Source of the DNA: Spirochaetia bacterium
Lineage (GTDB): Bacteria; Spirochaetota; Leptospiria; Leptospirales; Leptonemataceae
Reading direction: 5' to 3'
Assembly (NCBI GenBank): GCA_021413825.1
Contig: JAIOPQ010000004.1
Span: 441-64,440, forward strand
DNA length: 64,000 nucleotides
The notes under the pieces are model-generated. The model did not search any database, had not been told where the DNA came from, and saw only the letters and a list, made by a program, of their open reading frames with translations. Position 1 is the stretch's first letter, and each line of letters begins with the position of its first letter. Below are positions 30,973 through 39,752 of the stretch, piece by piece. The translations under genes were made by a program, and so were the position numbers.

Positions 30973-32100
30973 ATGAAAATTCGATACATCTGCCTCCTTC
31001 TGGGTATGCTCGCACTGACTCCGTCATTACAGGCTCAAATTACCTGTACTGGCCCGGGCTGCGCATTCTTGCCAATCAGTCAGAGCACGCTCGATCAGAT
31101 GTACTATGATCTCAAAACCCAATACATGGATAAGCTATTCGAAGATATGGCTGCTGCGTCTGCCCTTGCAAACGCTTCGGGACCTCCGGCCGGGACCGTT
31201 AACCTCTCTGGATGGACTCTTGGTGCAAGCGTTGGTGCTGGCTACCTTCCTCTCAAGAAAGTGACAGTCCCAATTACTGGCTATGGTGAGATCAAAGACA
31301 TGCCTCGTGCAGGAGCAGCTGTAAATCCCAGGCTTTTCTTCGGCTGTAACCTGGGCTGGTTGTTTAATAATCCTTACGATCCATTCGATACAGATGCTTC
31401 GCAATCCGCTCCGTTCTTTCTATCCCCTGCAAAATTTGATGTTTACGTTTCCTTTATTGAAGACAGGAGAACGTTCGATAGCGGTGACCAGGGGCACATC
31501 ATTGTAAACACCAGAAACCGTGGATTTGACGTTCGCTATCACCTGGTCGAAGGCAAACCTCTTGCTGCGGGTCCGTTGCTGCGTTTCCTTGGTGTTTCGG
31601 TCGGCGCAGGTTACCATACGTCATTGCTGGATTTGAATGCAACTCAGACCAAGGGGCAGAAACTGAAACTGAACGCAGCCTCCGGCACTTCAATGATATG
31701 GGATGGCGCTGTGTTGGCATCGATGCGCAGTGAACTTAAAACAATTCCTATTGAAGTAATGACTGGAATGCAATTTCTCTATTTCCTTAACTTCACGTTT
31801 GGTGGAGGGATGGCCTACAACAAGGGAGGCGTGGATTTCAATATCACGCGCGTGGGCCCGGTCTATCTATCCGGGGATTCTGCGGCATTGCTTGCTGCAG
31901 CCGCAGGTCAGAGCGTAACGTCCAGTGCTTACACTTCCTATCTCACAATGGCGCTTAACGGTTCCGGAAAGGTTCCAAAGAATCTTGCCTATGGAAAGCT
32001 GGGCATCGACATAAACCTACTCTGGCTCAAAGTTTTTGTTGAAGGCATGTATGCAAAACGGGCTTACGGTGCAAACTTGGGAGTTCGATTCCAGATGTGA
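30973..32100 (+). CDS. putative outer-membrane/surface protein (signal peptide, beta-rich)
   Basis: AAGGGA SD lies before ATG 30973. Signal peptide MKIRYICLLLGMLALTPSLQAQ. Gly/Ala/aromatic-rich alternating segments. C-terminus ...AYGANLGVRFQM. Confidence 0.55.
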   Translation: MKIRYICLLLGMLALTPSLQAQITCTGPGCAFLPISQSTLDQMYYDLKTQYMDKLFEDMAAASALANASGPPAGTVNLSGWTLGASVGAGYLPLKKVTVPITGYGEIKDMPRAGAAVNPRLFFGCNLGWLFNNPYDPFDTDASQSAPFFLSPAKFDVYVSFIEDRRTFDSGDQGHIIVNTRNRGFDVRYHLVEGKPLAAGPLLRFLGVSVGAGYHTSLLDLNATQTKGQKLKLNAASGTSMIWDGAVLASMRSELKTIPIEVMTGMQFLYFLNFTFGGGMAYNKGGVDFNITRVGPVYLSGDSAALLAAAAGQSVTSSAYTSYLTMALNGSGKVPKNLAYGKLGIDINLLWLKVFVEGMYAKRAYGANLGVRFQM

Positions 32101-32859
32101 TTACGGAGCAATCAAAGGCCGCAGTAGCCTGGCAAACACGGCGTAGCCAGCTTCATTAAAGTGAACCTGGTCCTCTTTGCCGTTTGGCATCACGAATCTG
32201 TATTCCTGCTTTAGGCCGGGTTTTTCAGCTTCTGCTAGGGACGGCCACAAATCAAGAAACGTAATCCCCATATCGCGAGTAAGGTATTCCAGTTTCCTGT
32301 TGTAGTACGGCGTGATATTATTCGCCTTCCAGGAAACGACGGGAGGAATGCTAACCATAATCAGTGTTGAATTGGGCAGACTACCCTTGAGCTTCTTGAA
32401 AATCATCTCAGTGTTTTGAAGAGCCGTGCGCATGCATCTTCCGCCCAGTAAGTCGTTTCCACCAATTACGATCGCAACAACTCTCGGATGCATTGAGACA
32501 ACATCGGCGTCCAGTCTATCCAGCAGGCCTGCGGTTGTCTCTCCGCCTATTGCGCGATTGGCAATATCAAGCCCTGGAAGCAGAGTATGCAATCTATCTC
32601 CGCCGAATATAGCCATTGTTGAATCACCGGTGAATACAATATCGGCAGTAGTTTTACCGTTCTTCCAGGATTCCCTGAATGCAGTTCTTGCGAACTGAAT
32701 GCGTAGATCTGATTCGACTGAAAGGGGAGCTTCGCTGCATTTGAACTCCCGATCTAAATAGTCCTGACCAATGGTTTCGGCACGTTGATCCGAGGAGCGA
32801 CATTGAGTCAGACCAAGGGTACAAATGATAGTAAATAGAACGCGGGCGTGTAGTTTCAT
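32101..32859 (-). CDS. SGNH/GDSL-family lipase-acylhydrolase lipoprotein
   Basis: Lipobox LGLTQC. Block I FTGDSTMAIFG, block III IGGNDL, block V DQVHFNEAGY. Confidence 0.8.
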   Translation of the reverse strand: MKLHARVLFTIICTLGLTQCRSSDQRAETIGQDYLDREFKCSEAPLSVESDLRIQFARTAFRESWKNGKTTADIVFTGDSTMAIFGGDRLHTLLPGLDIANRAIGGETTAGLLDRLDADVVSMHPRVVAIVIGGNDLLGGRCMRTALQNTEMIFKKLKGSLPNSTLIMVSIPPVVSWKANNITPYYNRKLEYLTRDMGITFLDLWPSLAEAEKPGLKQEYRFVMPNGKEDQVHFNEAGYAVFARLLRPLIAP

Positions 32860-34145
32860 GAACGAATTAGATTCCCTGGCTTTGCGGGTTCACTGTAGAG
32901 CCGCAGCCCGCGCGTCCTCCTCTTAACGCGTTTTTTCATGATGCGTTTGAAGAATGCTTTGATGAAGTTTCTGCGGCGCTTCTTACCGCCGTAAAGATTC
33001 AGAAAGTCGCGAACCAGTGGATACACATCGTCACGGGCACGATCACCGAGAACGATTCCAGTATGGCAATAGTCGCAATGATACCCTGTCTGCTTTCCAA
33101 GAACTATGAATTCCTTGATGGTGCTGCCGCAGTTATCGTAGGCAAACTTTACGGATTCCGCGGGAGCAATATGATCGCGAGACCCGGCAAGGAAGAGTGA
33201 TGGCACCTTAATATTCTTAAAACCGTCACGATAATTGTGTGAGCCGTCGCTCGTGTACTCCACCCCACTTTTGATCCAATCCAGAAACTGACGCACAAGA
33301 CCAAGCCCGATATTCTCAATGCCGTTTTTCATCAGCTTTCTGATGGTCACTTTTGACATGTTCTCCGAATCATAAATAATGTTCTCAATTGGAGAAAGGA
33401 AACGCCCGGTAAGTGGAGAAATAATCTGCGCACCGAATTTCATATCCAGCACTCGCGGCAGCCAGGGCATATGAGCTATCGATCCCCAGATGGATGTCTT
33501 CGCGTGTTCAATTTTTCCTGGCCCTGCAAGAACGGTAAAGCTTGCAACGTCTTCTGAACCCGGGAGTTCGCGACCCAGGAAACCATACATAATCATAGAG
33601 CCCATACTGTGTCCAATCCAGTTGATCTGCGGCGCCCCGGTAAGCTCTTTCACTCTTCGGATTACGGCCGGCACATCGTACTGAACGATGTCGTCAAAGT
33701 TGAAGTCCCTGTAGCGCGTCTTGGATGAATGATACGATTTCCCAACGCCGCGAAGGCTCAGGACAAACACCGGATACCCATTCTGTTTGAGGTAGTAAGG
33801 CAGACTATGCGATTCATCTAAATCCACGCCGAACTTGTTCACGGCAATTCCATGCGACATGATCACTGGAAACGCATTGGGCTTGGGGTAACGCGGCATG
33901 TGAAAGTGCATTGCGATGTTCCAACCGTCATCGGTGTGCGCGTAGAAGAGTTGATCCGCAATATCTGGAGTTCCGTAGAGTTTGTCCCACCAGTAGAGGA
34001 AGAAAGGATAGAACAACACCAGTACGGCAAGAACTGAGGCCAGCACCAGGGCCGCCGTGCCAGCAAGAAATGCCGCAACCAGGATAATAATGATGGAAAG
34101 CAGGATAGTGAGAGGATCTTTCCGTTTTTTGATTGGGCCAAACAA
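32856..34145 (-). CDS. alpha/beta hydrolase (lipase-like) with N-terminal membrane anchor
   Basis: N-terminal TM helix (ILLSIIIILVAAFLAGTAALVLASVLAVLVLF). HGIAVN..., nucleophile elbow IGHSMGSMIMY. 429 aa. TTG start per the ORF track. Confidence 0.75.
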   Translation of the reverse strand: MFGPIKKRKDPLTILLSIIIILVAAFLAGTAALVLASVLAVLVLFYPFFLYWWDKLYGTPDIADQLFYAHTDDGWNIAMHFHMPRYPKPNAFPVIMSHGIAVNKFGVDLDESHSLPYYLKQNGYPVFVLSLRGVGKSYHSSKTRYRDFNFDDIVQYDVPAVIRRVKELTGAPQINWIGHSMGSMIMYGFLGRELPGSEDVASFTVLAGPGKIEHAKTSIWGSIAHMPWLPRVLDMKFGAQIISPLTGRFLSPIENIIYDSENMSKVTIRKLMKNGIENIGLGLVRQFLDWIKSGVEYTSDGSHNYRDGFKNIKVPSLFLAGSRDHIAPAESVKFAYDNCGSTIKEFIVLGKQTGYHCDYCHTGIVLGDRARDDVYPLVRDFLNLYGGKKRRRNFIKAFFKRIMKKRVKRRTRGLRLYSEPAKPGNLIRS

Positions 34146-34169
34146 GGTGCTTTACAGAAAACGGGATGA

Positions 34170-34622
34170 ATGTCCTCGATCAACCAAAATATGACAGAAG
34201 AATCGAGTCCGGAAGCCCGGATATTTGAAGGCCCATTCTTTACCGTCCGTATTCCGCCTCTGTGGGAGGTAGAAGTCATTGAAAACATCCCGGCATTCTT
34301 TGATCCGGATGGAGCCGGCGTGCTTCAAATCGCGGCCTTTCGCAGACCCGCTCCTATTCTCGACGCCCGCGATGAGATGGAGCGGTACCTCAATCAAAAT
34401 GGAGTGCAGCCCGATCGCTCAAAGATGACGCAGTTTATTCTGCCCTCCAGACTTGAGTGCGTTTCCGTTGAATATGTGCTCGACAACCGATTCTGGATGG
34501 TCAGTGCCATTTCGCGAAACAACCGGTTGTTATTTGTAATATATAACGGAGACGAGATTCCACAAGCCGGCACAGCAATGCTGATATCCGAAGTGGTTTC
34601 TTCTATAGAATTCCTCGACTGA
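34170..34622 (+). CDS. hypothetical protein
   Basis: 150-aa ORF directly upstream of purN, with a 1-nt TGATG overlap. No family recognised. Confidence 0.55.
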   Translation: MSSINQNMTEESSPEARIFEGPFFTVRIPPLWEVEVIENIPAFFDPDGAGVLQIAAFRRPAPILDARDEMERYLNQNGVQPDRSKMTQFILPSRLECVSVEYVLDNRFWMVSAISRNNRLLFVIYNGDEIPQAGTAMLISEVVSSIEFLD

Positions 34623-35233
34623 TGCGAACCGTAGTACTTGCATCCGGAGCGGGAACGAACTTCGAAGCCGTTCTATTAGCAATAGCATCCGGCGGAATCA
34701 CAAACTGCGAAATCTGTGGCCTCATTGTTGATCGCAAAGACTCGGGCGCTGCAAAAATAGCAAGCAGGGGAAATATTCCCGTTACCACGGTGGATCATAA
34801 GTTGTTTCAAAATCGAAGTGAATTCGATTCTGCATTGTTCGACGCTGTGATTCTCCATAAGCCGGAGCTGGTTCTGGCTTTGGGATTCATGCGAGTACTT
34901 TCAAAATCTATGATCGAGCGATTCCCCAATCGAATCATAAATATCCATCCGTCGCTCTTGCCCGCATTTCCTGGTCTACATGCTGTTCGTCAGGCGCTCG
35001 AGTACGGTGCGCGAGTCACCGGTGTTACAGTTCATTTTGTAGACGCAAGTGTGGATACAGGACCCATCATTGCACAAAAAGCTGTACCCATTCCGGAGGG
35101 CAGCTCCGTTGAGTCGCTGCTGCCAATCATTCATAGAGAAGAACATAGCATTCTTACCGAAGTGGTGAATCTGTTCTGCAATGGTCAAATCGCGGTAGAC
35201 GGCAGAAAGGTTACGCTGTTGAGTAAAGATTAG
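34622..35233 (+). CDS. purN: phosphoribosylglycinamide formyltransferase
   Basis: VVLASGAGTNFEAVL..., RIINIHPSLLPAFPGLHAV, GVTVHFVDASVDTGPIIAQ. Confidence 0.92.
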   Translation: MRTVVLASGAGTNFEAVLLAIASGGITNCEICGLIVDRKDSGAAKIASRGNIPVTTVDHKLFQNRSEFDSALFDAVILHKPELVLALGFMRVLSKSMIERFPNRIINIHPSLLPAFPGLHAVRQALEYGARVTGVTVHFVDASVDTGPIIAQKAVPIPEGSSVESLLPIIHREEHSILTEVVNLFCNGQIAVDGRKVTLLSKD

Positions 35234-35242
35234 GAGTATACA

Positions 35243-36865
35243 ATGATTCAAGTCCGTCGCGCGCTAATTTCCGTTTCTGACAAGACGGGCCTGAATGAGT
35301 TTGCGAGATTTCTTGCAAGTCGCGATGTTGAGATCATTTCTACCGGAGGAACCCTCAAAGCACTCCGGGAAGGCGGAATACCAGCAAAGAGTGTTGAAGA
35401 TGTTACTGGTTTCCCGGAAATCATGGACGGTCGTGTTAAAACACTGCATCCTAAAATCCACGGCGGCCTCCTCGCCTTAAGAGATAATGAAGGCCACGTC
35501 AAAGCCATGAAGGATCAGTCCATTACGGGAATTGACTTATTGATTGTTAATCTGTATCCGTTTGCTGCGACTACTGCCCGCAATGCGCCATTTGAAGAAG
35601 CAATTGAAAATATTGACATTGGTGGGCCGGCAATGCTGCGCGCGGCATCTAAAAATTACAGATTCTGTGCGGCTGTTACAGACCCTGGTGATTACGCACG
35701 AATTCGTGAAGAAATTGAGAACCACGGCGGCATTCCAGAAAAGATGTCGCTTAACCTTGCGCGCACCGTCTTTCATCATACATCCGAATACGATTCCCTG
35801 ATTTCGCGCTACCTTGACGATGTTGAGAAGGTGAAATTTCCAGAGTCCCTCACTGTAACATTTAGAAAAGTGCAAACCATGCGCTATGGAGAGAATCCCC
35901 ATCAAGAAGCGGCGTACTATCGCCCGGTCTCCGAGCTTGAGAGAGAGAAGCGAGATGGAAGTCCCTGGCATCAGATCCAGGGTAAAGAACTTTCCTATAA
36001 CAACTTGCTTGATGCTAATGCGGCTTTGTTATCCGCGCTCTCGTTGCCGGGTCAGGGTGTTGTAATCGTTAAGCATCTGAATCCATGCGGCGCTGCCCTT
36101 GCGCATTTTGATCCGGCGCTTGGGATCTACCAGGGCAAAGCCTCCGGAAACGGGATTGATCTTCCTGGCGGCCTGGCGGAGGCATTTCGTCTGGCAAGGG
36201 CTTGCGATCCAGTCAGCGCATTTGGTGGTGTAATCGCCCTGACCGCACCCGTGGATGCGCAAACCGCAGAACTCATCAATGAGAATTTTGCAGAGGTTAT
36301 TATTGCTCCAGGCTACTCGCCGGAAGCCCTTGAGAAATTTGCGTCCAAGAAGAATCTCAGATTACTCGAAGTTGCAAGACCTGCCGCATTTCTAGCGCCT
36401 GGAATGGAACTCCGTTTGAACGAGCTTGGTTTGCTATTTGAAGATATGGATCATCAATATGTGCCGGCAGCGGACTGGAAAGTAGTAACAAAACGCGCGC
36501 CGGAACCCGCAGAACTCAGAGCATTGCAACTCGCCTGGCGTCTGGTGAAACATGTAAAATCGAACGCCATTGTTTTTACAAATGAACGCGCTTCGCTGGG
36601 TATTGGCGCAGGGCAAATGAGCAGACTTGACTCAACCGAAATTGCAGCTTCCAAAGCAAAGCGTGCCGGCTTGAGCCTTGTGGGATCCTCTGTTGCATCT
36701 GATGCGTTCTTTCCATTCCGGGATGGTCTGGATGCTCTCGCACGCGCGGGCGCAAAGGCTGTCGCACAGCCAGGTGGATCAGTTCGTGACGAAGAAGTCA
36801 TTCAGGCCTGCGATGAACAGGGAATTGCAATGGTGTTTACCGGGATGCGGCACTTCAGGCACTGA
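35243..36865 (+). CDS. purH: bifunctional AICAR transformylase / IMP cyclohydrolase
   Basis: AGGAG SD. ALISVSDKTGL..., STGGT, PEIMDGRVKTLHPKIHGG, IDIGGPAMLRAASKN, ...GAGQMSRLDS..., FTGMRHFRH C-terminus. Confidence 0.95.
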   Translation: MIQVRRALISVSDKTGLNEFARFLASRDVEIISTGGTLKALREGGIPAKSVEDVTGFPEIMDGRVKTLHPKIHGGLLALRDNEGHVKAMKDQSITGIDLLIVNLYPFAATTARNAPFEEAIENIDIGGPAMLRAASKNYRFCAAVTDPGDYARIREEIENHGGIPEKMSLNLARTVFHHTSEYDSLISRYLDDVEKVKFPESLTVTFRKVQTMRYGENPHQEAAYYRPVSELEREKRDGSPWHQIQGKELSYNNLLDANAALLSALSLPGQGVVIVKHLNPCGAALAHFDPALGIYQGKASGNGIDLPGGLAEAFRLARACDPVSAFGGVIALTAPVDAQTAELINENFAEVIIAPGYSPEALEKFASKKNLRLLEVARPAAFLAPGMELRLNELGLLFEDMDHQYVPAADWKVVTKRAPEPAELRALQLAWRLVKHVKSNAIVFTNERASLGIGAGQMSRLDSTEIAASKAKRAGLSLVGSSVASDAFFPFRDGLDALARAGAKAVAQPGGSVRDEEVIQACDEQGIAMVFTGMRHFRH

Positions 36866-36867
36866 GC

Positions 36868-37851
36868 ATGACCACGGGCGTCAGAAAGAACTGCATGCTC
36901 GATACAGGCCTTCATCAGAAGTGCCTGTCAAACTGCAAAACTGTGGTCAGTGACAACCGCTGGCAGACCCGGCTCGTCGACTCGTGTATTGCGCCGGAGA
37001 AACTCAGACAATTTCAACTCGGAAAGAATTCATTTGGTGTGGCCCAGAGCGCGTTCTTGCAATGCGAACCCGGTTTGATGGAGTCATTCATCAACGAGGC
37101 TCCGGAACACATTGAGCTAATACGCTATTTCCTGGGCGCACAAAGGCCGGATGAATCAGGCAGCATTGCGGCTAACCTGAAACCAAAAACGCTCTATAAC
37201 ATCTTCAAAGTAGACTTTCAGCATTTTGAGAAACTGAAGCGGACGCGCGCAGATCTTGCGATGCGAGGCAACTACTTCCTACAGAAAACAACCGCATACT
37301 GGGCTCGGCTTCCGGTGAATCAGATTTGCCAACTGATCGCTTACATCGTTCGCTCAGAAAAGGACATTGCAACGGCGGCCCAGTTCATCGTACTCGTCCC
37401 ACCTTCTGTAATCTCAAAGTTTCCGGAGCTGTCTGGACTTTCAGAGAGTGAGGAACGTGAGTTGTTTATTGGGTTAGGCGGGGACCTGTATAGTCTTCCG
37501 CTCCTTTCTCCCGGAATTTATGACCATATGTTAACGTTATTCGCTGATGATCCTGAGACGTCCATGATACTCGGTGGAATGGAAGAATTGGTTAAGCGGA
37601 GGAATACCGTTATCACAATCACAGGAAGCATGATAGACTATTATAACAAAAACAATGCACGCCTCTCCCTGCCGGCCCTATACTCTGAACTATTTGGAAT
37701 TGAGGTTGAGCTGGCCGCTGAGGTCCTAAATCAGCTACTTGACGATAACGTAATCTCTGCGGGAGAGCGCGAAACCCTGCTTGAAATTCTGAAATCCGGA
37801 AAAATCGACTATATTCGCCAGGCACGCGAGGATCTTCTAAGCGACCCGTAG
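36868..37851 (+). CDS. hypothetical protein
   Basis: 327-aa ORF starting 3 nt after the purH stop. Helical, no signal peptide, no motif recognised. Confidence 0.6.
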   Translation: MTTGVRKNCMLDTGLHQKCLSNCKTVVSDNRWQTRLVDSCIAPEKLRQFQLGKNSFGVAQSAFLQCEPGLMESFINEAPEHIELIRYFLGAQRPDESGSIAANLKPKTLYNIFKVDFQHFEKLKRTRADLAMRGNYFLQKTTAYWARLPVNQICQLIAYIVRSEKDIATAAQFIVLVPPSVISKFPELSGLSESEERELFIGLGGDLYSLPLLSPGIYDHMLTLFADDPETSMILGGMEELVKRRNTVITITGSMIDYYNKNNARLSLPALYSELFGIEVELAAEVLNQLLDDNVISAGERETLLEILKSGKIDYIRQAREDLLSDP

Positions 37852-37876
37852 CCTGTGAACAGATAAAGAGCCCTTC

Positions 37877-39199
37877 TTAAACGGCGTATTTCTTGCGAAG
37901 CGTTTCAATCTGTGGTTTGAACTCATTCCACATTCCTGAAGGGTCCTTTTGAAATGTAGCGTAGACGCCCTGGCGACAAAGGTCCACGATTTCGCTTATG
38001 GTGAAGTCGAGCGATTTGTAGAGTTTGAAGTATTCATCCGTCAGAGTTACGTTAAAGATTTCTGGATCGTCCGTGTTAACCGTGCAGATAAGTCCGTCGT
38101 CATAGTAACGACGAACCGGGTGATCCTTTTCGCGCCGAACATACTTGCCAGTGAAGATATTGCTCGTGAGGCAGATTTCGATTGGTATCTTCTTCTTCTT
38201 GATTAGTTCCATGAGTGATGGGTCCTGAATTGCAGATGTCCCGTGCCCGATTCGTTCCGCTTTCAAGACTTCGACCGTATCACGAATGGACCATGGGCCA
38301 TCGTCCTCACCAGCATGCGCGACTGTCCGTAATCCTTCAGCCTGGGCCTGGGCAAATACGTCTTTGTAATCTCGAGCTGGACCCATCAATTCCGCGCCAC
38401 CGAGCCCGATTCCGATAATACTTGATTTTGGATTTGAGAGGACTCGCTGCAAATTCTTGCTAGCGTTTTCGGGTCCAAACGTGCGGGAAACGTCGATGAG
38501 ATAACGAATGTCAGGGCCACCGGCAAGGCGGCATTCACGGGATAGGCGATCCAGGGTATCAGCAATGTCAGCAAAATCCAGGCCATTTTGAATCATCCTG
38601 GACGGAGCCAGGAATACCTCTCCGTAGCGCACATTGTTAGCTTCCATGTATTCTTTGAGATTTTTGAATACCAGCTCAAAGTCATCGGGTGTCTTGATCG
38701 AATCGATTATGAAGAGGAATAGTTTGATGAATTCCTGTAGATTAGAAAATTTATAAAGTTTTTTAAGTTGTTCTTCTTCGTAGTCCACCCGGTTTCTTGA
38801 GAGCATTCCGGCCAGTGTTCCCCTTGAAATACAAGCCTCCATGTGGAGATGAACTTCTGTCTTTGGCATGCTCCGTAGAAACTCCAGCACTCGCTTGTCC
38901 TCAGCGGACAGGTCGTACTCTTTTTTCTCACGATCCACGCTGATGCGGGATGCGGTTGCAACATCTACGGATGCAATTTCGTTGAGCAGATCCTCCGGAA
39001 GACTTTCAACTTCCAGTTCTTCAAGTGAGATTTTCTGATTTAGTAAGTCGTTTATGTGCCGGTCAAAAGCCACCTGAAGACCGGGTGTGAAGGAACGATT
39101 GGCCGGAAGACGAGCGCGAATGCGACGCAAGTCTTCCACATCCTTATCCAAGGATCGGATTCTTTGAATCAGTTGTTCAAGGCGAAATACATTGCTCAA
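37877..39199 (-). CDS. add: adenosine-deaminase-family amidohydrolase with ~100-aa N-terminal coiled-coil extension
   Basis: ADA motifs KTEVHLHMEA (HxH), GIGLGGAE, HAGEDDGP, RIGHG, EICLTSN, TVNTDDP. The first ~100 aa (MSNVFRLEQLIQRIRSLDKDVEDLRRIRARL...) lie outside the canonical ~330-aa domain. Confidence 0.8.
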   Translation of the reverse strand: MSNVFRLEQLIQRIRSLDKDVEDLRRIRARLPANRSFTPGLQVAFDRHINDLLNQKISLEELEVESLPEDLLNEIASVDVATASRISVDREKKEYDLSAEDKRVLEFLRSMPKTEVHLHMEACISRGTLAGMLSRNRVDYEEEQLKKLYKFSNLQEFIKLFLFIIDSIKTPDDFELVFKNLKEYMEANNVRYGEVFLAPSRMIQNGLDFADIADTLDRLSRECRLAGGPDIRYLIDVSRTFGPENASKNLQRVLSNPKSSIIGIGLGGAELMGPARDYKDVFAQAQAEGLRTVAHAGEDDGPWSIRDTVEVLKAERIGHGTSAIQDPSLMELIKKKKIPIEICLTSNIFTGKYVRREKDHPVRRYYDDGLICTVNTDDPEIFNVTLTDEYFKLYKSLDFTISEIVDLCRQGVYATFQKDPSGMWNEFKPQIETLRKKYAV

Positions 39200-39741
39200 A
39201 CGCGAAAGTCTCCCACTGCTTCTTCTATTAATCGGATCAGCTCGCGAATGCGTTCCAGCTGGGATTTCTCATGCGGGCTGAGCGAGTCCTGGCTGACCAG
39301 TTTCTCGAGCGTTTCCTGCGTGTACCGACAGTACTGATGGATTCTTTTTACCCGGTCCTGTAAAGAAAGAAATGTGAGGTTAAGATGCGTCGCATGTTCC
39401 TGCAACTCATCATCCTTACGCAAGTGGATGCGTGCGCTCAGATCACCTTTTGCGATCTCAGCCAATACTTTCTCCAGGTGAATAAGAGGGCCGGCTAAGC
39501 GTCGTGAATAAAGGATCAGACTCCAGCCCACTCCAATAAGAGAAGCGAGGCAAAGTGCGACTACGCCACACCAGCCCATCCAGCGAAGCTGGGACATTGT
39601 GTATTCATGCGTGCCCTGAGTAGCATACCAAATAATGCTCATGGAAAGGATTGCCAGAGCAAACAGCGGGAACATTGCCCGCCGTATCAGGCGAAACTGA
39701 AATTTATATTTGAGAGGAACCCGACCGCGTTTCTGATCCAT
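39196..39741 (-). CDS. HAMP-domain membrane protein (2 TM + HAMP + helical tail, no output domain)
   Basis: Two hydrophobic helices, then RRLAGPLIHLEKVLAEIAKGDLSARIHLRKDDELQEHATHLNLTFLSLQ (HAMP). There is a 4-nt ATGA overlap with add. Confidence 0.7.
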   Translation of the reverse strand: MDQKRGRVPLKYKFQFRLIRRAMFPLFALAILSMSIIWYATQGTHEYTMSQLRWMGWCGVVALCLASLIGVGWSLILYSRRLAGPLIHLEKVLAEIAKGDLSARIHLRKDDELQEHATHLNLTFLSLQDRVKRIHQYCRYTQETLEKLVSQDSLSPHEKSQLERIRELIRLIEEAVGDFRV

Positions 39742-39752
39742 AGACCAGGGAC

